A DNA stretch of 63,965 bases, filler included, from Octopus bimaculoides (taxonomy: Eukaryota): assembly GCF_001194135.2 (NCBI RefSeq). It is 7 parts of 7 records of this genome, joined end to end, with 100 filler letters (N's around TTAATTAATTAA, not from the genome) between each part and the next. Parts side by side here need not be neighbours in the genome. Positions count along the whole stretch, not along the records: positions 60,308 to 62,575 come from NC_068986.1; positions 62,676 to 63,965 come from NW_026418305.1; 5 more parts are not named here. One strand, 5' to 3'. A program made the position numbers and the translations under genes. Below the pieces are notes generated by a model. That model saw only the letters and a list, made by a program, of their open reading frames with translations. It was not told where the DNA came from and did not search any database. Below, one piece after another: positions 60,359 to 63,965 of the stretch; the stretch's first letter is position 1, and each line of letters opens with the position of its first letter.

Positions 60359-62315
60359 TAAGATATTATTTACTTCCTATTCGATTCTCATACAAGCGAT
60401 AGAAATGATATCTTCTAAATAGATTATCTCTTCGATCTTCTTCCAGAGTTTATTAGCTGACTGTTTTATGAATACAATATAAATATTATTACTTAGCACA
60501 CCCAACCTAACTTCTTTATAACGTCTTAAATTACTATAACCGTCCCGAAAAAAATCATTCCACCTTGATGACAAATGATTTTTCGGGACGTTTACAGCAG
60601 TTCCAGGCGTTATAAATACATCATCCGTGTTAGGTTAGATGCGATAACTAATATTCATTACGAAAGTTGCTTCAGTTCCTTATAGATAATTTATTATACA
60701 CAGTGCACTAGCTTTCGGTGACACCACTGACTGTTCGGCCAGTATTATTCTATGTCGTTTCGACTGATTTTCTGTATGACATTCTGCTTGGCTAGCTGCC
60801 ACTGATGATCTGCGATACGGTGAAAACACGTGATACGGTTGTACCATCCGCCAGTGTACTGAAGGAATTTCGTCGACCGATAATAGAATTTCTATGATTT
60901 TCATCATTTGTCGTCGATACGAAATGCTTTTCTGGACGTTTACTGGATGTCTTAATTATTATACGCTATAAAAGCTGCTTCTATTGTTCATAGCGAATAT
61001 AAATAAATAGATTATGTCCTTGCTGTCGCTCCATACTTAAGTGTTATCAACTGAGACCGCGCGAAAATATCAAAAGGCCAACAATTTGTTTCGACTTATA
61101 TGCAGTGTACGGCAGCAAATGCAGGCAGCCATCTACAAATATTTTATCAATTATAATATGAGGGTCTTCAATGGTAGACCATCAAACGATTTGTTAATTG
61201 ATTGTTAGTTTGGCGCTCCACCAAACAACCAGAAAGCAACTGATATTTGTCGCTATATTTACATAATTACCACGGCATCACTAGAGATGTTACAAGGTAG
61301 CCATATTCACAACTAACATGGTTCTATAAATATTCAGAACGGCATCCGATAGTCTGGTGAATACCGTGATACTGTAATATATATATATATATATANNNNN
61401 NNNNNNNNNNNNNNNNNNNNNNNNNNNNNNNNNNNNNNNNNNNNNNNNNNNNNNNNNNNNNNNNNNNNNNNNNNNNNNNNNNNNNNNNNNNNNNNNNNNN
61501 NNNNNNNNNNNNNNNNNNNNNNNNNNNNNNNNNNNNNNNNNNNNNNNNNNNNNNNNNNNNNNNNNNNNNNNNNNNNNNNNNNNNNNNNNNNNNNNNNNNN
61601 NNNNNNNNNNNNNNNNNNNNNNNNNNNNNNNNNNNNNNNNNNNNNNNNNNNNNNNNNNNNNNNNNNNNNNNNNNNNNNNNNNNNNNNNNNNNNNNNNNNN
61701 NNNNNNNNNNNNNNNNNNNNNNNNNNNNNNNNNNNNNNNNNNNNNNNNNNNNNNNNNNNNNNNNNNNNNNNNNNNNNNNNNNNNNNNNNNNNNNNNNNNN
61801 NNNNNNNNNNNNNNNNNNNNNNNNNNNNNNNNNNNNNNNNNNNNNNNNNNNNNNNNNNATTTGATTTATAAACAATTCAAATCCATTTATATAAGTGTCT
61901 TCAAGATTTTGGTTCAAAAGACGCGAAATTCCGTGTGAAAGGACGGCTGGATTAAAAAAAAAGTAATTCAAATGCCTATGTTATCTATATATGCATGATA
62001 GGCTTCTTCCACTTCCCGGCTACCGAATCCACTCAGAAGGCTTTGGTCGGACCGAGGCTATAGTATAAGACACATGCTCAAGGTTCCACGCAGTGGGACT
62101 GAACACGGAACCATGTGACTGGGAAGCAAGCTACTTTATTTCAATAAATTTCGCCATTAACGGCGTTACATAGAGGGAACAGACAAGGACAGACAAACAT
62201 AAAGTAGCTGCGGGCTGCACATGGACATTAATGAGATGAGGGTGATAAGGATGAAACAAATAATGAGAGAGGCACCAGCGCCAAGCGACTGATAACCCCT
62301 CGAAAACATTGTTCT

Positions 62316-62395
62316 TTTTTTTTCCTTTTAAAATTACAATTTTTACACAATTTCAATAGATTGTGTAAAAATTGTAATTTTAAAAGGAAAAAAAA
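62316..62395. repeat. Perfect 36-bp inverted repeat with an 8-nt loop
   Basis: ttttttttccttttaaaattacaatttttacacaat-ttcaatag-attgtgtaaaaattgtaattttaaaaggaaaaaaaa. Confidence 0.95.
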
Positions 62396-62716
62396 GCAAG
62401 CTACTTACCACACAGTGAAGCTACATGGCTCAGTGGTTAGAGCGTCGAGCTTACGGTCGTGAGGTTGTGAGTTCGAATCCTGGACCGAGCTGCGAGTTGT
62501 GTTCTTGAGCAAGACACTTTATTTCACATTGTTTCAGTTCACTCAGCTGTAGGAATGAGTTGCGACGTCACAGGTNNNNNNNNNNNNNNNNNNNNNNNNN
62601 NNNNNNNNNNNNNNNNNNNTTAATTAATTAANNNNNNNNNNNNNNNNNNNNNNNNNNNNNNNNNNNNNNNNNNNNAACACAAGTCACATCATTGCCACTC
62701 TTGCATGATATTTCAG

Positions 62717-62770
62717 AGAGAGAGAGAGAAAGACTTCAGGCTGCAGATCAAGACTTCATCACTGACTCAG
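62717..62770 (+). CDS. Candidate 54-nt exon of an unidentified plus-strand gene (ERERERLQAADQDFITDS)
   Basis: Borders atatttcag|...CAG|gtaatt, phase 1 to 1, open frame. No homology recognised. Confidence 0.3.
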
Positions 62771-63965
62771 GTAATTAATTTAATTAACTCACAATTTACT
62801 AACACACTTCGTTAAAGCTTCATTAGAACTATTTCAAACAGAAAATTTTATATTGGAATTTGTTTTATTTTCAGGCAGTATTTTATAGACTAGAAACTTT
62901 TCAAAGATTTTACACTGTTACATTACAAGTAAAAATTTTCATTTCCAGAATATAAAATAAAGTATAGTTTGGTTATAACAATGTCAAAACTATTTGATGG
63001 AAATTAAAGGAACGGACATGTTCATCTAAGGATACACAATTTTAGGTAGTTTATAGTAGATTTCTAATTCTCAAGTGAATTTAATTGTTAGTTTTTTGTA
63101 AACTTAATTTTTAAAAGCTTAGCCAGGGAGAAGGGCCCTGCCGATGGCCCTTTATATTTCCAGGGTCTTCAAGAGTGGTGAATGGAAGAAAGATATTCTC
63201 AAAACGAGAGACCTAACATGAATGCATACAACAGAGAAATCCTCTGCTAAAAGCATCCCAAGGGCCAGGTGATGGTGTTGAAAAAGGTGATAGATTAAGT
63301 CTGCAACCCAGGGAGGCAACAAAAAGATTTGAACTCAGATCACAAAGAACCACATTAAATACTACAAAAAATCTTGTCAAATATATAATTCCATGTGACC
63401 ACCACCTCAGACGGGCATTTTAATTATCGACCCTTGCATAATAAAAATCAAAATGAATCTCAGCATGATTTGAACTCAGCAGACAAAGAGTCAGTATAAA
63501 TACCACAAGGTATTAAGTCCATACGTTCTAACGACTCTACTAATTGGTCTTTTTTTCTTTCAATCAATGAAATTTTTTAAACTGATTTTTTAATTTTAAT
63601 ATTAATCTTTGAATATAAATGGAATTGTTCTGGTGATTTCATTTCTATTTTATATCTTGAAGCAAACAAGAAGAATTGTTTAAATATTAAACAATTTGGT
63701 GACAACATATATTTTCTCTCTCAGCACATCTTTATCCTACATCAACCTTTTTAATGTGGAATGCATTAAATATGTTTTCTCACCATCTTCAATATTATTT
63801 ACCAGATGGATGGCTTCTGAGAATTATTTCACATTGTCTGCAATTATTATAAACTCTATTACAAAACCAATAACAAAGTCCCAAAAATGCCCCTAAAAAC
63901 ATGTCAGATAATAAAAACTTATGGGTGGGGTCATGGATAGAATGTCTGACCATAGGGTTACTAGA

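Noticed and set aside
60700-60900. GGWYNR resembling the DUOX GWYNN motif as a 5' exon
   Set aside because: Four-residue match only, with no suitable donor.
15963-62631. Six identical TTAATTAATTAA islands inside N-runs
   Set aside because: Artificial six-frame-stop scaffold spacers, not biology.

Overview
AT-rich, microsatellite- and TE-dense, gapped eukaryotic genomic DNA. The repeat content suggests an octopus assembly (inference). No prokaryotic-type features such as CRISPR, rRNA or operons are seen. The main gene is a minus-strand, multi-exon member of the animal heme peroxidase (peroxidase-cyclooxygenase) family. I could splice eight exons (14521 to 344) with GT-AG borders and matching phases into one open frame of about 499 aa. 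A probable ninth exon, carrying WGQLL, lies about 32 kb upstream at 46.3-46.5 kb. Nearly every heme-binding or catalytic position I could align is substituted (proximal His, its Asn partner, distal Arg, heme-ester Glu, the RGRDHG motif, and probably the distal His/Asp). The frame is nevertheless intact, sequon-rich, and ends in a thrombospondin-type-1-like repeat plus a novel tail, so it looks like a secreted pseudo-peroxidase. The remainder is mostly decayed mobile DNA: Penelope-like elements (several with minimal hammerhead-ribozyme motifs in inverted pairs), R4/Dong, NeSL/HERO-like and RTE LINE pieces, a truncated Gypsy with one intact LTR, Tc1/mariner elements, hAT MITEs, a Helitron 5' end, many tRNA-derived SINEs and several fold-back palindromes. 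The TTAATTAATTAA strings inside N-runs are assembly spacers.
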